This document shows, piece by piece, positions 60,592 to 64,000 of a stretch of DNA of 64,000 nt (position 1 is its first letter; each line of letters begins with the position of its first letter). Position numbers and translations under genes: made by a program. Origin of the DNA: an uncultured virus (IMG/VR IMGVR_UViG_3300027772_001884) (lineage: Duplodnaviria > Heunggongvirae > Uroviricota > Caudoviricetes); the IMG/VR virus record IMGVR_UViG_3300027772_001884; one strand, given 5' to 3'. Below the pieces are notes generated by a model. That model was not told the origin of the DNA. It was given only the letters and a program-made list of their open reading frames with translations, and ran no database searches.

Positions 60592-61891
60592 AGCTAAGGG
60601 AAAAGGAAAACAATTCCTGTTAGATTATAGACCCAGCGAGTTATTTAAGGAACAGCATGGTTTTGATGTAAATGATAAGACATTTTGTATAATGCCGTTT
60701 ATACACACAAGTACCACAACCAATGGAGAATTTAGACTGTGCTGTCGAAGTACTAAAATCTGGGATATTAAAAATATAGCATTCCGAGATCTTTGGAATC
60801 ATAAAAAATATAAAATAGTCAGAAATAATCTGATATCAGGTATTAGAGATCCTCATTGCAATGCTTGTTGGTCAATGGAAGACAAAGGTATTACCAGTTT
60901 AAGACAAAGTCAAAATTACGAGCGAACACAAGAGTATGCACATTTAGTTGCAACATATAAACGCACAAAAGAATCACCATGGAATATTCCGATTGTCGAG
61001 TTTAAATTAAGCAATCTTTGTAATTTGAAATGCCGTATGTGTTGGCCCAAGGACAGTACACCGTGGCTACAAGACTGGGATGCTGTTAAAGAAATTTATG
61101 AACCTGGAGAACAGGAATATATTAATAATATCATCGACAGCAATGACTTGCGTAAAAAACCTGTGTTAAATTTATTTGAGACACACAATACATTTGTGCA
61201 GGACTTATATGAGATTATTGATGATATCAAAGAATTTGAATTTGCTGGCGGCGAGCCGTTAATGGATCCGTTGCATTACAATATGCTGGATCGTATCAAG
61301 GATCCCAGCGATGTTATTTTAAAATACAGTACAAACTTAACAGATCTTGAAGCAAAGAAAGGACGTAATGTATTGAATCTTTGGAAAAAATTCAAGTCAG
61401 TGCGTTTAACAATCAGTATAGATGGCTACGATGAACTTAATGCTTATATTAGACACGGTTCTGTATGGAACGACATAAAAGAAAATATACAACAGTCCAA
61501 AGAAAGTTTGGGTGATAAGTTAGATTACATAAAGGCAAGTACTTGTATATCTGCACTTAATGTAGAGTACTTAGTTGAAACATTTGAAGCAATAGACACT
61601 GACTTTGACATAATGTGGCACACAAGCCGTTTACAATGGCCTACTTTTTTACATGCAAATGTTCTGCCAATAGAAAGACTGACAGCGGCAAAGTCAAAGT
61701 TGATTGTAAAGTTTAAATCAATGCAAGAAAATTCTATTAGAGAAATCAATAATAAGAGACATATAGCTGACGCAATAAGCTGGATAGACGAGTGTATAGA
61801 TACAAATAAATATGACGTAAGTTTTGAAAAGTTTCAAAAATTCAATGAAATATTAGATGTAAAAAGAAAAGAAACATTTACAGGAAAATAA
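60584..61891 (+). CDS. Radical SAM protein with N-terminal twitch/SPASM domain
   Basis: FCIMPF...RLCC...CNACW; CNLKCRMC; AGGEP. Confidence 0.9.
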   Translation: MSEAKGKGKQFLLDYRPSELFKEQHGFDVNDKTFCIMPFIHTSTTTNGEFRLCCRSTKIWDIKNIAFRDLWNHKKYKIVRNNLISGIRDPHCNACWSMEDKGITSLRQSQNYERTQEYAHLVATYKRTKESPWNIPIVEFKLSNLCNLKCRMCWPKDSTPWLQDWDAVKEIYEPGEQEYINNIIDSNDLRKKPVLNLFETHNTFVQDLYEIIDDIKEFEFAGGEPLMDPLHYNMLDRIKDPSDVILKYSTNLTDLEAKKGRNVLNLWKKFKSVRLTISIDGYDELNAYIRHGSVWNDIKENIQQSKESLGDKLDYIKASTCISALNVEYLVETFEAIDTDFDIMWHTSRLQWPTFLHANVLPIERLTAAKSKLIVKFKSMQENSIREINNKRHIADAISWIDECIDTNKYDVSFEKFQKFNEILDVKRKETFTGK

Positions 61892-61894
61892 TTA

Positions 61895-63295
61895 ATGGCA
61901 TACTACGATTATTATCACTTAAATAAAATCGGCTTCGGTATGGCATGGCTGGACATAACTGATTATATCAAGGACTCTACTGCGCTTGCGCTGTCTAAAA
62001 ACATAACGGAATACTGGGTTCAGGAAAATGAAAACTATTATCTTCCAACAACGTGCAATAAAGATCCGGATGCTATTTTAAAATGGGCAGATGTTGCCGG
62101 ATTAAAATATTTGATGATTGTAGCCATGGGCACTAATCTCAGCAAGAATGATAATTTTTATCACGTACTTCCAAAGTTTCTAGAAAATAATCCCAACTTT
62201 GCAGTTGCAGGACATATATTAGACAAAGGCGATAAGTTCTACGAATTGCACCATCAATGTTTTATTATTAACATGGATTGGTGGCGGTCAAATGGTCAAC
62301 CATTGATAGGCAAAGAAGAATTTAGCATCCCATGGTCCACGGTTAAACCAATACGCAGTGAAGAAAATTGGCATGATGGATATACGCCACATTGGATCGC
62401 TCAGGGCAATGCCATTGAAAATTACGCAGGAAAACGATTTGGCTGGAACATAATCGACACTGCATTAAAGTCTGGCAGCTCTGTAGTTAGTTTCAATGAG
62501 TCTATGAGAGAAAGTAAGTATTATATATATCCAGAAGTTGCCAAAGACTTTCATTCCAAAATTTCAGACGTGTTAGAAAGTTTACAAGGCTATGGTCACT
62601 TTGCGGCAAATACAGAGTCGCCTCCGGAAAAATTATTAGACACAGACATGCAGGGAGTAATATGTACCGCAGGAGGTATAACTCCGTTGCTCATGGCATA
62701 CACAGCTGGATTAAAACCCGGCGGCAAAGTCACAGTTTTTGATTTTAGTCCAGTTTCATTGGCAATACAACGACGACTTCGAGAAATCAACTGCAACTAT
62801 TCAAATTTTAAAACAACTTTGTACAGCTTGTTTACAGAATTAGACCTGGTACCTATGATGAAAGCTGATCGCAATTTAGATAGAATGCAGGAAATTATAA
62901 ATGAAATGATGCCACAGGGCTTAGAAGATTTCATTAAAAATGTATGGCCAAATTTAAATGTAATATTTGAGCCGTGTAATTTATTTAATGTTAATCAAGT
63001 AAAGAATGTACTTGTAAGTAAACATGTCGGTGAAAAAACATATGTACATTTAACAAATATATTGCACTATCAGAACACTGCATGGTTGTTCAGTGCAGTA
63101 TCCAGGTATAGACTAGAACAAGATATTGTTGTTAAATTTTCTGATGCTGGCATGGATACGTTTCAATTGTATCAAAACAGGCCAGGAATCAAGTCAAGTT
63201 GGAGGAATGAAACTCCTAGACAAATACTTGACGATCCAGATCAATTCTTACACCGAGTTAAAACACTGGAGATATTACCATGGATAACGAAGTAA
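61895..63295 (+). CDS. Hypothetical protein with C-terminal Rossmann/SAM-binding-like domain
   Basis: VICTAGG...VTVFDFSPVSL and later YVHLTNI patterns. Confidence 0.45.
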   Translation: MAYYDYYHLNKIGFGMAWLDITDYIKDSTALALSKNITEYWVQENENYYLPTTCNKDPDAILKWADVAGLKYLMIVAMGTNLSKNDNFYHVLPKFLENNPNFAVAGHILDKGDKFYELHHQCFIINMDWWRSNGQPLIGKEEFSIPWSTVKPIRSEENWHDGYTPHWIAQGNAIENYAGKRFGWNIIDTALKSGSSVVSFNESMRESKYYIYPEVAKDFHSKISDVLESLQGYGHFAANTESPPEKLLDTDMQGVICTAGGITPLLMAYTAGLKPGGKVTVFDFSPVSLAIQRRLREINCNYSNFKTTLYSLFTELDLVPMMKADRNLDRMQEIINEMMPQGLEDFIKNVWPNLNVIFEPCNLFNVNQVKNVLVSKHVGEKTYVHLTNILHYQNTAWLFSAVSRYRLEQDIVVKFSDAGMDTFQLYQNRPGIKSSWRNETPRQILDDPDQFLHRVKTLEILPWITK

Positions 63296-64000
63296 CAGAA
63301 TTTTTCGACGAGTGGAAATACTTTTCACACTATAGTTCATTAAATACACGCCCTAAAAAGTTTTCTAATTGGATATCAGATAGGCAGTTAATGAAAGATT
63401 ACTTTGGCTGGATAGAAAAAGAAAGCAACTGCCCTAGTCTTAAGTTGGACTTGCCGTTGCCACAAAAAGAAATAGAAGCCGAAGCTTTATCTTTAATGGA
63501 TGAGTTTGTAAAACACAGAGGCAACGAGCATCCTGGTTGGCATAGTCTTGTAATTCACGGCTATGACAAATATACCACCGATGACTGGCGCAGTAAAGCA
63601 TATAACTTCACAGAACAACCAGTGTATACGTGGACTGATATTGCAGACGTTTGTCCTGTAACTGTTGATTGGTTAAAAAATACATGGAATTTCAACCATT
63701 TTGATCGTGTTAGGTTTATGCTTTTATTGCCGGGTGGCTATATTAAACCACATGCTGACTATGAAGTTCGTAAAATGGCAGCATACAATATTGCCATTAA
63801 TAATCCAGACGGAGTTGAATTTGTCATGGAGGATGCTGGACTGATACCGTGGTTACCAGGCGATGCAAGAGCAATAGACATAGGTAGACGTCACAGTGTT
63901 AGACACCTGGGATCAGAACCTAGAATTCATATGATTATACACGGCGCACCAGGATCGAAACATGCAGAAGTCATGTGTAGAAGTTACGATTTATTATTAG
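63280..64000 (+). CDS. Aspartyl/asparaginyl beta-hydroxylase-like 2OG-Fe(II) oxygenase, runs off the window
   Basis: Manual translation from ATG 63280 (GGAG upstream): GWHSLVIHG...CPVTVDWL...RVRFMLLLPGGYIKPHAD...HSVRHLGSEPRIHMIIHG; not in the ORF track. Confidence 0.8.
   Translation, partial: MDNEVTEFFDEWKYFSHYSSLNTRPKKFSNWISDRQLMKDYFGWIEKESNCPSLKLDLPLPQKEIEAEALSLMDEFVKHRGNEHPGWHSLVIHGYDKYTTDDWRSKAYNFTEQPVYTWTDIADVCPVTVDWLKNTWNFNHFDRVRFMLLLPGGYIKPHADYEVRKMAAYNIAINNPDGVEFVMEDAGLIPWLPGDARAIDIGRRHSVRHLGSEPRIHMIIHGAPGSKHAEVMCRSYDLLL

Noticed and set aside
34236..61891. Assigning the rSAM genes to MoaA, QueE, PqqE or NrdG
   Set aside because: Partner genes of those pathways are absent from the window and most domain orders do not fit
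1..64000. Prophage or bacterial chromosomal origin of the enzyme cluster
   Set aside because: No integrase, att site or housekeeping genes seen; the cluster is contiguous with virion genes and shares their late-promoter motif

Overview
A 64 kb segment of a large, AT-rich T4-superfamily (probably jumbo) myophage genome. No tRNA, rRNA, CRISPR array or integrase was seen. (1) 1-2552, minus strand: gp46/gp47 (SbcCD-like) nuclease and a gp55-like late sigma factor. (2) 2633-9478 and 15255-30194, plus strand: baseplate/tail genes, including an M23 peptidase, a gp5-like spike, gp25, gp6, a 2809-aa wedge protein and a probable virion protein carrying a 53-aa Gly-Tyr repeat. (3) 9475-14548: an opposite-strand block with consensus sigma70 promoters (DNA ligase, MazG-like pyrophosphatase, PhyH-like dioxygenase, small ORFs), followed by an HNH nuclease on the plus strand. 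(4) 30249 to the window end: at least 33 kb of co-directional, tightly overlapping biosynthetic genes. These are 9 radical SAM genes (10 CxxxCxxC domains, most with an N-terminal SPASM/twitch module), about 8 glycosyltransferase-like genes in three paralog families, 4 SGNH-like proteins, a carbamoyltransferase, a sugar-nucleotide module, a nitroreductase, two SAM-binding proteins and an Asp/Asn beta-hydroxylase-like enzyme. This cluster is the best candidate for an undescribed system, most plausibly late-expressed modification of virion proteins or glycans. All product calls come from reading motifs by eye; no database searches were run.
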